Positions 48,912 to 62,653 of a stretch of DNA of 64,000 nucleotides are shown here, piece by piece; the stretch's first letter is position 1, and every line of letters starts with the position of its first letter. A model generated the notes under the pieces. It saw only the letters and a list, made by a program, of their open reading frames with translations. It had not been told where the DNA came from and made no database searches. The DNA is taken from assembly GCA_004524445.1 (NCBI GenBank), contig SDNP01000002.1, positions 83,285-147,284 of the forward strand, read 5' to 3'. This stretch comes from Candidatus Thorarchaeota archaeon. Lineage in GTDB: Archaea; Asgardarchaeota; Thorarchaeia; Thorarchaeales; Thorarchaeaceae. Made by a program: the position numbers and the translations under genes.

Positions 48912-49018
48912 GGGCTCGTGGCGCAGATAGGTAGCGCAGCAGGCTTTTAACCTGATGGCCGCGGGTTCAAAAAACCCCTTGACTCACAGGGGGTGTGAGA
49001 CTCCCGCCGAGCCCGCCA
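48912..49018 (+). tRNA. tRNA-Lys(UUU) with 30-nt T-loop intron (48972-49001)
   Basis: Acceptor GGGCTCG/CGAGCCC, loop CTTTTAA, GTTCAAA intron TCCCGC, and BHB TTCA/TGAG. Confidence 0.9.
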
Positions 49019-49042
49019 CGAGCCTTTACACAGTTTGGATGG

Positions 49043-49161
49043 GATGAGGTCAGGCTGAGTAAACACAACGGGGCGGCTATTACGGCAAACGAGCAACTCG
49101 GATTCTCTGGGTTATGCTATGGGAAGTGCTTTGCAGTGATAGTTCCCCCGTCCTAATCATC
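49043..49161 (+). ncRNA. Candidate structured RNA leader of the rpoB operon
   Basis: Long stem ACGGGGCGGCTATTACGGCAAA / TTTGCAGTGATAGTTCCCCCGT (49068-49151) with G-U pairs on the plus strand, two inner hairpins and outer GATGA/TCATC pairing. Confidence 0.5.
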
Positions 49162-49177
49162 AAGGGTGTAGCTCCAC

Positions 49178-52100
49178 ATGTCAGATATAGAAGAGAGGCA
49201 AAAATTCTGGCCGGTCATAGAGGCTTATTTCGACGAGAAAGGCCTTGTAGGTCAGCATTTAGACTCATTCAACCGATTCGTCGAAGAGGAATTGCAGGAA
49301 GTAGTAGATAGTATCGGCCAGCTCAATCCAAAGGTCGAGGGCTATCACGTTGATTTGGGAAAGATTGAGGTTCGTCCACCCTCAGTTCGAGAGGCGGATG
49401 GCAGTGAACATGATCTATATCCCAATGAAGCACGAATTCGAAACCTCACATATGCCAGCAAGCTATTCCTAGAGATGACACCGGTCCGTCAGGAGGGGAC
49501 TGTTACAACCCGCATGGAAACCATGTCAATCTATGTGGGCAATTTGCCCATTATGCTTAGGAGCAAATATTGCCTCCTTCATGGCTTATCAGACGAAGGA
49601 CTCATTGAGCGTGGAGAAGATCCAAAGGACCCTGGTGGTTATTTCATTATAAACGGTTCAGAACGAGTATTAGTCACCCAAGAGGACTTGGCGCCAAATA
49701 GAATTTTGATTGAGGAAGCAAGTAAGAGTTCCAGTTACACCCATGTTGGGAAAGTCTTCTCCACATCGCGTGGCTTTCGTGCGCCTGTTACAATCGAAAG
49801 AAAGCGGACTGGAGAGCTCCGTGCATCCTTCCCGTCGGTGCCTGGCAAGATTCCATTGGCAATCCTGATGAAGGCTCTTGGCCTGGAATCCGATCGAGAA
49901 ATTGCCGAAGTCATTTCTGATGACGAAGAGGTTAGAAACGAACTGATTGTCACTATTGAACAGGCTGCCCCAATTAATGTCACTCAGGGTCAAGAAGGTA
50001 GAAAGAAACGTAAGAATGAAGACGAAGACGAAACCGAAGAAGAGGCTGAACAGGAGCCCACTTCAACCAAAGAGAATGCACTTGATTTCATTGGAAAGCG
50101 AGTAGCAGTTGGTCAAACACGAGAATACAGACTTGCCCGGGCGGAGAAAGTCCTTGATAGATACCTCTTGCCTCATGTTGGCACAGAAGAGGACCATCGG
50201 CTCAAAAAAGCCTATTATCTTGGACAGATGGTCGAGAGGCTCTTAGAACTGGTGCTAAGCAAGCGAACTGCTGATGATAAAGATCACTACGCTAATAAAC
50301 GTCTGAAACTATCTGGTGACCTTCTCATGTCACTCTTCAGAGTGGCACTTTACTCACTAACGCGGGATATAAAGTATCAACTTGAACGAACTGCAGTCCG
50401 TGGCAGGAAGCCAAATATTCGCACAGCAGTAAGGGCTGATGTCATTACCCAACGACTGAAACACGCACTTGCAACTGGAAACTGGGTAGGTGGCAAGGCG
50501 GGAGTATCACAACTACTCGATCGTACTAATTATATCTCATCATTATCTCACCTGAGACGTGTTGTGTCTCCACTATCCCGTTCACAACCACACTTTGAAG
50601 CAAGAGACCTTCATTCCACACATTGGGGCAAAATTTGTCCTAATGAAACACCTGAGGGTCCTAACTGTGGTCTTGTGAAGAATATCGCCATGATGGCATA
50701 CATCTCCGTTGGAACCAACGAAGATGCAGTTGAGCGAATTACTCTAAAAGCAGAAGTAGAGCCAATTGAAAAGCTAGAAGGCAAACGGGGCAAGAAATGG
50801 GCTGATGTATTTCTAAACGGACGTCTTCTTGGAGTGCATCCTGCCCCACAAGTACTGGCAAAAACGATTCGTCAAAAGCGTCGTGCGGGCGAATTGGACC
50901 CAGAAACTAATGTCGCCTATTATTCCGGAACCAATGAGGTTCAAATTAATTGTGATGCTGGTCGAGTTAGACGCCCCTTAATCATAGTTGAAAACGGTAA
51001 GAGCCGTCTTACAGATGAACATCTTAGAATGGTCAATGATGGTGAGTGGGGCTTTGCAGACCTTATGCGGAACGGAATTATCGAGTTCCTTGATGCAGAA
51101 GAAGAAGAAAATGCCCTAATCGCTATGGGCCCGGAAGAAATTGGTCCAAAGACCACCCATATGGAGATTGTTCCCGCTACTGTATTAGGAATCAGTGCAG
51201 CTCTCATTCCATTCCCTGAAAGAAATCAGTCCCCAAGGAATGTTTACATGGCTGGAATGGCTAAGCAGTCTGTTGGTGTTCCTGCATCCAACTTCAAGTA
51301 CCGGGCAGATACTCGATCTCATTTCTTCCACTATCCACAAGTACCCCTTGTCAAGACAAGGGCAATGGATTCTATCGGATATGAGAAAAGACCTGCTGGA
51401 CAGAACTTTGTCGTAGCAATCCTCTCTTTCGAGGGCTATAACATAGAAGACGCACTGATTATGAACAAGGCCTCAATAGAGAGAGGTCTTGCCAGAAGCA
51501 CATTCGCGCGAGTCTACGAGAGCGAGGAGCGAAAATACCCTGGTGGACAGGAAGACCGATTTGAGATTCCAGATCGCAGCGTACGAGGATACCGTGCCTC
51601 CGAGTCCTATCGAAACCTTGGTGAAGATGGTGTCATAGAAAGTGAGGTAGAGGTTCAAGGCGGAGATGTTCTCATTGGTAGAACTTCACCCCCACGATTC
51701 CTCGAGGAATATTCTGAATTTGAAATCGCATCACCAAACCGTCGGGAAACTTCCGTAGCTGTTCGACATGGAGAATCGGGTGTTGTTGATAGCGTTATTC
51801 TCACAGAAACTATTGACGGTAACCGTCTTGTCAAAGTGAAGGTACGCGATCTAAGAATCCCTGAGCTTGGTGATAAATATGCATCTCGCCATGGTCAGAA
51901 GGGAGTCATTGGATACATCGTACCACAACAGGACTGTCCCTTTACTGAGGATGGTGTTGTCCCTGACCTAATCATTAATCCACACGCGATTCCAAGCCGG
52001 ATGACCATTGGTCAGATACTGGAGATGATTGCAGGCAAGGCATCAGGTGTATCTGGGATGCAGCAAGACGCAACACCGTTCTCCGGTGTGACGGAAGATG

Positions 52101-52606
52101 AGTTATTCAGTCTACTCAATAAACACGGTTTCAAGTATAACGGTCGTGAAACCATGTACTCTGGAATAACTGGAGAGAAGCTCAAGACTGATGTCTTTGT
52201 TGGCGTTATTTACTACCAGAAGCTTCACCACATGGTTGCAGACAAGATACACGCTCGTGCGCGCGGACCCGTGCAGATTCTCACTCGCCAACCTACTGAA
52301 GGTCGAGCTCGTGAAGGAGGTCTTCGTTTTGGAGAGATGGAGCGCGATGTGCTTATCGGGCACGGAGCAGCAATCCTGCTGAAAGGACGACTCTTAGACG
52401 AGTCTGACAAGAGCAGCATGCTGGTTTGTGAAGAGTGTGGATTAATTGGCGTATATGACAGAAACAAGGACCAATACTATTGTCCCATTTGCGGCACTGG
52501 CGCCAAGATTAGCAATATTACAGTGTCTTATGCCTTCAAATTGCTCATTCAAGAGATGATGTCGCTTGGTCTGGCTGCCAGACTACGACTCAAGGAGATG
52601 ATCTAA
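49178..52606 (+). CDS. rpoB: RNA polymerase subunit Rpo2 (B, undivided)
   Basis: GGYFIINGSERV, ETPEGPNCGLVKN, GDKYASRHGQKG, GGLRFGEMERD and C-terminal zinc motif. Confidence 0.98.
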   Translation: MSDIEERQKFWPVIEAYFDEKGLVGQHLDSFNRFVEEELQEVVDSIGQLNPKVEGYHVDLGKIEVRPPSVREADGSEHDLYPNEARIRNLTYASKLFLEMTPVRQEGTVTTRMETMSIYVGNLPIMLRSKYCLLHGLSDEGLIERGEDPKDPGGYFIINGSERVLVTQEDLAPNRILIEEASKSSSYTHVGKVFSTSRGFRAPVTIERKRTGELRASFPSVPGKIPLAILMKALGLESDREIAEVISDDEEVRNELIVTIEQAAPINVTQGQEGRKKRKNEDEDETEEEAEQEPTSTKENALDFIGKRVAVGQTREYRLARAEKVLDRYLLPHVGTEEDHRLKKAYYLGQMVERLLELVLSKRTADDKDHYANKRLKLSGDLLMSLFRVALYSLTRDIKYQLERTAVRGRKPNIRTAVRADVITQRLKHALATGNWVGGKAGVSQLLDRTNYISSLSHLRRVVSPLSRSQPHFEARDLHSTHWGKICPNETPEGPNCGLVKNIAMMAYISVGTNEDAVERITLKAEVEPIEKLEGKRGKKWADVFLNGRLLGVHPAPQVLAKTIRQKRRAGELDPETNVAYYSGTNEVQINCDAGRVRRPLIIVENGKSRLTDEHLRMVNDGEWGFADLMRNGIIEFLDAEEEENALIAMGPEEIGPKTTHMEIVPATVLGISAALIPFPERNQSPRNVYMAGMAKQSVGVPASNFKYRADTRSHFFHYPQVPLVKTRAMDSIGYEKRPAGQNFVVAILSFEGYNIEDALIMNKASIERGLARSTFARVYESEERKYPGGQEDRFEIPDRSVRGYRASESYRNLGEDGVIESEVEVQGGDVLIGRTSPPRFLEEYSEFEIASPNRRETSVAVRHGESGVVDSVILTETIDGNRLVKVKVRDLRIPELGDKYASRHGQKGVIGYIVPQQDCPFTEDGVVPDLIINPHAIPSRMTIGQILEMIAGKASGVSGMQQDATPFSGVTEDELFSLLNKHGFKYNGRETMYSGITGEKLKTDVFVGVIYYQKLHHMVADKIHARARGPVQILTRQPTEGRAREGGLRFGEMERDVLIGHGAAILLKGRLLDESDKSSMLVCEECGLIGVYDRNKDQYYCPICGTGAKISNITVSYAFKLLIQEMMSLGLAARLRLKEMI

Positions 52607-52607
52607 G

Positions 52608-56458
<3,851 letters not shown>

Positions 56459-56565
56459 TGGAAACTGAGGTACTACTACGGAAGTGTTAAAATGGCAATG
56501 AGAGAGCTCCAAAACGGCTTTTGGTACACCACAAGCCCACTAATAATCGAAACGAGGTTACGAAT

Positions 56566-56859
56566 TTGAGCCTGAATCAATCTATTGAGAGCGCAGTAAG
56601 TACAGGTAAATGCAAACTTGGCGCGGCATCGTCCATTAAGGCTGTCACAGATGGTGAGGCTAAACTAGTTGTGGTTGCAGCCAACTGTCCCGAAGAACAA
56701 CTGGCAGACATCGAACGCTTTTCAGAACTTGCTGATGTCCCCATTCAAGTCTTTCCGGGCACATCTTGGGATCTGGGAGAAACCGTCAACAAACCATTTA
56801 TGGTCTCCGCTATTGCTGTGATAGAACCCGGTGACTCAAACATCCTAGAGTCACTCTGA
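56566..56859 (+). CDS. rpl30e: 50S ribosomal protein eL30
   Basis: AVSTGK..LG, AKLVVVAANCP, KPFMVS and PGDSNIL. TTG start at 56566 after GAGGT. Confidence 0.93.
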   Translation: MSLNQSIESAVSTGKCKLGAASSIKAVTDGEAKLVVVAANCPEEQLADIERFSELADVPIQVFPGTSWDLGETVNKPFMVSAIAVIEPGDSNILESL

Positions 56860-56869
56860 GGCGGCTATT

Positions 56870-57304
56870 GTGAGCAAAGTCAAGATCTCCATGGACGATA
56901 TGAAACTCATTGCATCATTTGAGCGTGTCACTGGAGCCTCAGCTGTAGATGTTGTAAAAGACGAAGACAGTGATAGGATTATTTTTGTCGTACCAAGCAA
57001 GCAACTGGGACGGGCCATCGGAAAAGGTGGCAGTAATGTCAAGGCTGCCGCCAAGAAGTTTGGGCAACCGGTGGATATTGTAGAGATGGCTGATACCCCC
57101 AAGGAGTTCATCTCCAGCGCACTTGCCCCTGCCCGGGTCAAGGAAGTCAATATCTCCGAACACAAGAATGGTGACAAAGTGGCCCATGTTAGTGTCGAAG
57201 AAGATGACAGAGGCATTGCTATTGGCAAAGATGGCAGGAATGTTGCACGAGCGCGTATCCTGGTTAGACGCCATTTTGACGTAGACAACGTCGTAATCGA
57301 GTGA
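56870..57304 (+). CDS. nusA: Archaeal NusA (two KH domains)
   Basis: AIGKGG and AIGKDG KH motifs in the conserved operon position. Confidence 0.93.
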   Translation: MSKVKISMDDMKLIASFERVTGASAVDVVKDEDSDRIIFVVPSKQLGRAIGKGGSNVKAAAKKFGQPVDIVEMADTPKEFISSALAPARVKEVNISEHKNGDKVAHVSVEEDDRGIAIGKDGRNVARARILVRRHFDVDNVVIE

Positions 57305-57427
57305 TTAGAACCGCTCCGTTTCATAACGCTTTTAAGCATACAGGAGCCGCGGAGCCTGACTAAGCGCAGAGCTAACACCACATGGAGCGCTCCACATTAT
57401 TTCACCCAAACTACGAGGAAGATTAAG

Positions 57428-57871
57428 TTGACCGGTTCAAAAAGCCCACTTGGCGAATTCGCAGGACGCGACCTTAAGCGTAAACGCCAGAAGTTCCGCT
57501 GGAAGAAAGCCAGCTACAAGCGTCAGGTCCTCAAACTTAGAAAGAAGACCGACCCCATTGAAGGCGCTCCGCAGGCGAGAGGTATCGTATTAGAGATTGT
57601 GGGAATAGAGTCTAAACAGCCTAATTCTGCGATTCGCAAGTGTGTAAGGATTCAGTTATCGAAAAACGGCAAGCAGGTGACTGCTTTCATCCCAGGGGAC
57701 GGTGGGCTGAAGTATATCGACGAACACGACGAAGTCATCATTGAAGGAATCGGGGGAGCCACAGGCGGAGCAATGGGTGACCTTCCGGGCGTGCGTTTCA
57801 AAGTGGTGAAGGTGAACGGCGTCGGTCTTGACTCTCTGATCTATGGGCGGGCCGAAAAGCCCATCCGATAA
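57428..57871 (+). CDS. rps12: 30S ribosomal protein uS12
   Basis: [15 protein letters not shown] and [13 protein letters not shown]. Confidence 0.97.
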   Translation: MTGSKSPLGEFAGRDLKRKRQKFRWKKASYKRQVLKLRKKTDPIEGAPQARGIVLEIVGIESKQPNSAIRKCVRIQLSKNGKQVTAFIPGDGGLKYIDEHDEVIIEGIGGATGGAMGDLPGVRFKVVKVNGVGLDSLIYGRAEKPIR

Positions 57872-57899
57872 GAAACTTGAGCATTCAACAGCAGACTGA

Positions 57900-58205
57900 T
57901 TATAATCTTTCATAATCTGTTGCATCGACTATGATTGCCCTTACAGTTGTTGGCAGAGGTTCCTCAGAATCTGGATGCTGGTACATCATCGACCGTCTTG
58001 GTACACACGACAGATAGTCCTCCAGCTCCTCCTCATTGAATAGACCAATGCCGACTGCTCTCTTGGTACTTCTCTCAGTCAAATCAAGCAGTACGTTCTC
58101 GCCATTCTTACGCATCTCTTCGACACGCTTGACCGCCTCTCGGATTTCTTCCCAGGTAGTATACACCTTACCATCAATCGCCTCCTCCACGTTCATGTTG
58201 CTCAC
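57900..58205 (-). CDS. Hypothetical protein (101 aa)
   Basis: Clean ORF at the edge of the insert between rps12 and rps7. Its 5' end is duplicated at about 61090-61160. Confidence 0.6.
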   Translation of the reverse strand: MSNMNVEEAIDGKVYTTWEEIREAVKRVEEMRKNGENVLLDLTERSTKRAVGIGLFNEEELEDYLSCVPRRSMMYQHPDSEEPLPTTVRAIIVDATDYERL

Positions 58206-58431
58206 CCTGTAACATTTACAGATAAGTGAATAGTCTTTTTGCCTCTCTCTTGAAACGAAAGAAAATTCTTCAATCTCAAGTCGTTAAGAGGTTGCCTCAT
58301 GTGCTTTTATTCACTCAACAGGATTTAAGCTCATACTAATTACTCCGAGCAAAAAAGATGCAAATCGACTATGGGATGTTATCCTTTTCGCTATGAAAGA
58401 CTCAACCACATCGAAATCCAGAGCATCATAG

Positions 58432-58809
58432 ATTTCTAGGCATAATGAGCCTCCAGATTATATCTATGCTACAGATATAACAAACGTACCTAATAGGTAC
58501 CTAGTATATCTCCTACATTGTTATTCAGCTTGGTCATCGTCAGGTGATGAAGAGGATTGTATTGCGTACCAATTTCTATGGAACTCTAAACAAACTACTA
58601 TGGATGAATTCACAGTTTACCAGAGTGCCGTAATCGGTTTCGATGAGGCTATAAATGTGGCTGATGGTGTTTCCTTCACAGAAGCATTTTGGGATGCTCT
58701 TGATGATGGCGATACGGTTGCCCAAGCCTTCAGTGATGCAGATACTGAAAAGCCGGATATTGGAGATGCAACTGTTATTCTAGGTAGTACAAGTGTCACA
58801 CTGACCTAA
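58432..58809 (+). pseudogene. C-terminal remnant of a clan CD (caspase/gingipain/CHAT-like) peptidase-fold protein
   Basis: Open frame after TAG 58429-58431: LVYLLHCYSA...AVIGF...FTEAFWDALDDGDTVAQAF...ILG. Confidence 0.5.
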
Positions 58810-58872
58810 GTTCAGTTTAGAACATAGAAACTTGAATAAGAAGACGTCCATCATATGACACAAGTGGTGTAG

Positions 58873-60900
58873 GTGATGTTTGGAATATTCAAACCAAGAA
58901 ACCATGTGTTAATTGTCATCGCAATCGTGATGATTATTAGCACTTCTCCTCCTTCTTCATCCTTAGATTATCTACCAGATAACACCATCTTTGGTGAGAG
59001 AGATCACTTTTCATCATCTTATGAAATAGGTAGTCCAATTTTCCATTCATCGTCTATTGGGGGTTCTGATCGAGATAAACTTGTAGATATTTCTGTAGGA
59101 GAAGATGGATTATATTATGCTTTAGGCATGACATGGTCGGACGATTTTCCAGGGATGGAAAGTGGGGGCTATCAGAATAGTGGTGCATCTGACTGCATTA
59201 TAATCAAACTATTCAAGAATGGAACTCAATCGAGTGTAGTATCTATGGTAGGAGGTAATGATACCGATGTGCCAATTGCATTAGATATCGATAGTGATGG
59301 AAATATATTCATCACTGGATATAGTTTCTCACATGATTTTCCAATCGTAAACGCAACAGAAACAACAGTATATGGGCAAAAGGCAGATTGTTTTCTCACT
59401 GTCATATCGTCTAATGGTACAATCCTATATTCAACAGTGTTTGGAGGAATATCTTCTGACAGTCCAAATGACATCATAATACTTCCAAATAGTACAGTAG
59501 TTGTCTCTGGTACAACATCATCTCATGATTTTCCAACAATTCCGAGTGTTGCCAATAGTCATCAAGGAAGTTCTGATATCTTTATCACGGTTATTGATTG
59601 GCAGAATGACTCGATAGAACATTCTAGTCTTGTTGGTGGTTCAGGAACTGACCAATGCCGTGATTCCTTAATCGAACCTGATGGAGGTCTTCTCATATGC
59701 GGGGTTTCATCCTCATCTGACCTACCTCTTCAATCAGTAAGCATTGGTCCTAGAGGTTCCTTTGATAGTATCATTATGGATTTCAACCTTGATTTTGACC
59801 TCCAATCCACACTCACAATAGGAGGACAAGGAGATGACATTCCCTCTAAGGCTGTTCTTACTGATACAGAATTAATCATCGGAGGGTCTACAACATCTCA
59901 AGATTTCCCAATTACCCTTGATGGTATATTTCAGGAATTGAATGGTACTTCAGATGGTTTTCTAACAAGACTTAGTCTGGAAAATTATAGTGTGATATAT
60001 TCTTCCTATTTTGGTGCTGAGGGTGAAGATAGTATTGTATCCCTGTCAGTCGACTCAGCAAATGAGATATACCTCATAGGCAATACGGATTCAACATCAT
60101 TCCCAACCTCAGGTTATCTTAACTCATCTCACTCAGGTCAAGAAGATATCTTCGCATCCAAAATTAGTGTGACAGGAACAATTCTATTCTCCAATCTGAT
60201 AGGTGGGTCAAATATCGAAATACCAAACTGTTTGGTTCAGGACAATAATGGTACAGTAACGATAGGTGGAATCACAACTTCGAACGATTTTCCTTCAGTT
60301 AACGGACAAAACTCTATTGGAGGATATTCTGATGGTTTCATTTACATCCTTGGAGATTGCGGTGATTCAGATGGAGATGCACTTCCAGATTTTATGGAGA
60401 ATTTCTTAGGAACTGATAGATACCTAATAGATTCTGACAATGACAATCTTACAGATTACGACGAGGTCCATCTCTATGATACAGATCCAACAAACCCAGA
60501 CACGGACTCTGATCAGTTGCCTGACGGCTGGGAAATTCAATACGGATTCAACCCGAATCTAAGCGATTCCTATTTGGACCCGGATGAGGATGGACTTTCA
60601 AACCTACTCGAATACAATATTGGAACAAATCCTTTAGACTCAGACTCAGATCGGGATGGATTCCCTGATGGATGGGAATATGAACAAGGATGGAATCCCC
60701 TTGATTCCAATGTTCCATTTCTTGAATATATTGACTATTATTCCCTATGGATTATAGGGGGTTCGCTAGTTATTATTGGAACTGTTTCAATCCTTTACCT
60801 TCGTCATAAATACATTCTGAGGAGTTTAGATATTCAAGAAGATAACAATAAAGATGATATTTCTCATATCATGAAGGCATTAGTTGAGGAGTCTGATTGA
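58873..60900 (+). CDS. Cell-surface protein: SBBP-like beta-propeller repeats, Ca-binding DxDxDG (TSP3-like) repeats and C-terminal TM anchor
   Basis: Repeated GG...D....I..D..G.I.I.G.T.S.DFP blades, five D(S/T/P)DxDxLxD-type repeats, a signal peptide and a TM helix. Confidence 0.85.
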   Translation: MMFGIFKPRNHVLIVIAIVMIISTSPPSSSLDYLPDNTIFGERDHFSSSYEIGSPIFHSSSIGGSDRDKLVDISVGEDGLYYALGMTWSDDFPGMESGGYQNSGASDCIIIKLFKNGTQSSVVSMVGGNDTDVPIALDIDSDGNIFITGYSFSHDFPIVNATETTVYGQKADCFLTVISSNGTILYSTVFGGISSDSPNDIIILPNSTVVVSGTTSSHDFPTIPSVANSHQGSSDIFITVIDWQNDSIEHSSLVGGSGTDQCRDSLIEPDGGLLICGVSSSSDLPLQSVSIGPRGSFDSIIMDFNLDFDLQSTLTIGGQGDDIPSKAVLTDTELIIGGSTTSQDFPITLDGIFQELNGTSDGFLTRLSLENYSVIYSSYFGAEGEDSIVSLSVDSANEIYLIGNTDSTSFPTSGYLNSSHSGQEDIFASKISVTGTILFSNLIGGSNIEIPNCLVQDNNGTVTIGGITTSNDFPSVNGQNSIGGYSDGFIYILGDCGDSDGDALPDFMENFLGTDRYLIDSDNDNLTDYDEVHLYDTDPTNPDTDSDQLPDGWEIQYGFNPNLSDSYLDPDEDGLSNLLEYNIGTNPLDSDSDRDGFPDGWEYEQGWNPLDSNVPFLEYIDYYSLWIIGGSLVIIGTVSILYLRHKYILRSLDIQEDNNKDDISHIMKALVEESD

Positions 60901-61340
60901 TTATTCAGATTACGATATCCAATACAGCAAGCAAAGACCACATTCTTGAATAATTTCTGGAATATGATATCTCTTCATTAGCTGTGCGAAATTTAATCTA
61001 TTTAGCTTCACGTCCAAAGCTCACACCAGTCATTTTCAACTCCTGAAATATTACTCCTTTATCAGGAATATCAGGTAGACAACTTAATCCACCTCTTCCA
61101 CGTTCATGTTGCTCACCCTGTAACATTTCCAGCTGAGTGAATAATCTTTTTTCCATCTCTCTTTTTTCTAGCTAAGAAATCAACCCATGTTGTTATGAAC
61201 TCCAATGATGTCAAGAGAGTTTTAGCCAAACGTATGGTTTCGACTTTGGCGCAATACAAGCAAGATTGCAGGCTGAATAGGGAATTGATGACTGGTGGTG
61301 AATTTGAAAAGTCAGGAGGTCTGATTTCGAACCAGCTCCT

Positions 61341-61847
61341 TCACGACCTGTCAGCTCTTTGTGTGTGTATAACCCTTAGACCAAGTAGGTAGAGAACTCC
61401 CGGGCTCATCATAACTACTCCTGGAACCCATAGTATTGGCCTAGGATATGGGGGACTAACCATCCAGTGGATTCGGATTTGTGATTCATTAGATTGAGTG
61501 ATGAGAATAGTGTACAGTCCAGGAGAGGGTATCACCACCATTCCGTCCCACTCAGTTATGTTCTCTAATCTTAAGGTGGGACTTATGGTCCGTAACGATC
61601 CCTGTTCAAAAACATTCAAAGTATCGTTGTAATCAAGGATATACAAGGAGTAGTGCTCTCCATTGTCAGAGTTTGTCCAGAAGTAGAAACTCTCCTGAAC
61701 AACGAATGACTCAATCTTCCATTCTCCATCGTCAACAAGTCTGCCATCTATGTCCCCACCAAGAAGCAGGAAAGAGAGGGCAATGAATGTGACTCCAATA
61801 AGAATAAGCGCCTTAAGGGGGCGTTCAATAGCACCTTTCAACCTCAA
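61341..61847 (-). CDS. Membrane-anchored hypothetical protein
   Basis: N- and C-terminal hydrophobic helices; start overlaps the permease stop. Confidence 0.65.
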   Translation of the reverse strand: MRLKGAIERPLKALILIGVTFIALSFLLLGGDIDGRLVDDGEWKIESFVVQESFYFWTNSDNGEHYSLYILDYNDTLNVFEQGSLRTISPTLRLENITEWDGMVVIPSPGLYTILITQSNESQIRIHWMVSPPYPRPILWVPGVVMMSPGVLYLLGLRVIHTQRADRS

Positions 61848-62653
61848 ACCTCCTTTTGTTTGAACAAAACAATAATGAAGATCAGAGCAATCACGATAAG
61901 AAACGCTGCTGTCCCGAGTGAGAAGAGCACATCACTATACTGCAATGCGTCATCAAGACCCATAACAAAATCGTAGCTTGTCTGCATAGGATTAAGAATC
62001 CTTGCAAAGTCAATTTGAAAGAGAGGATTTGTTGCCAATAGTAATAGTATATTCCAGAGAGCAATCCCGCCCACTGCTGTAACAGCACTTCGACCTGATA
62101 TGACAGCGATGAGCATCACTGATGAAGTGATAAGTGCCAAGGAGGTCCAGAAGGAAACAGTTAGGAGCAGTACTGACCACCCTATTGGGAAGAATGGCAC
62201 GAAGACTGCCATGGCACCAAGCGCAGCCAGGAATCCTCCCCCACCGATGATCATGATTGCCAGCAGAAATTGGGCAATCATATAGGCACCCCTTCTTATG
62301 GGATACGAAAGAAACACTCGTATTGTGCCATCCTCAAAGGCTTTTGCAGTTGTAAAGCCTATCAAGAGAGGGATTAAGGAGTAAAAGAGGATGTTTAACT
62401 GATTCAGTATGTTTCCATAGACGGTGGGCGCTATTGCGGTTCGTATATCTCTCAGCCATGCCACCCACTCCGTTCCATCCCACCCCTCACCAGGATAGAG
62501 ATTGATATGCCATTGCTGAGCAAGAAGACTATTGGTTGTCCATAGAGATAACACGAGGAAGAAGATCAGGATTGTTTCAATGATTGGAAACCGATAGGAA
62601 TTTGCATATTCAAGTCGTATTGTAGCAAGCAACTCCTTGCCCTCTTCCTTCAC
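61844..62653 (-). CDS. ABC-2 type exporter permease
   Basis: Six TM helices and the FEDGTIRVFLSYPIRR motif. Confidence 0.85.
   Translation of the reverse strand: MKEEGKELLATIRLEYANSYRFPIIETILIFFLVLSLWTTNSLLAQQWHINLYPGEGWDGTEWVAWLRDIRTAIAPTVYGNILNQLNILFYSLIPLLIGFTTAKAFEDGTIRVFLSYPIRRGAYMIAQFLLAIMIIGGGGFLAALGAMAVFVPFFPIGWSVLLLTVSFWTSLALITSSVMLIAVISGRSAVTAVGGIALWNILLLLATNPLFQIDFARILNPMQTSYDFVMGLDDALQYSDVLFSLGTAAFLIVIALIFIIVLFKQKEV

Larger units (their letters stand above)
58186..61128. repeat. Direct repeat (32 bp exact, about 75 bp imperfect) bracketing a 2.9 kb segment
   Basis: TCCACGTTCATGTTGCTCACCCTGTAACATTT at 58186-58217 and 61097-61128. Similarity continues to about 58251 and about 61162. 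Confidence 0.85.

Noticed and set aside
49068-49151. 5S rRNA
   Set aside because: It starts similarly (GGCGGCTAT) but lacks the conserved CCCATCCCGAAC loop and 5S helix layout.
49990-50015. RKKRK as a nuclear localisation signal in Rpo2
   Set aside because: Short basic runs arise easily and there is no nucleus. Kept only as a charged insertion.
58393-58431. Pyrrolysine readthrough of the TAG at 58429
   Set aside because: There are no pyl genes in the window, and the upstream frame does not supply the missing peptidase half.
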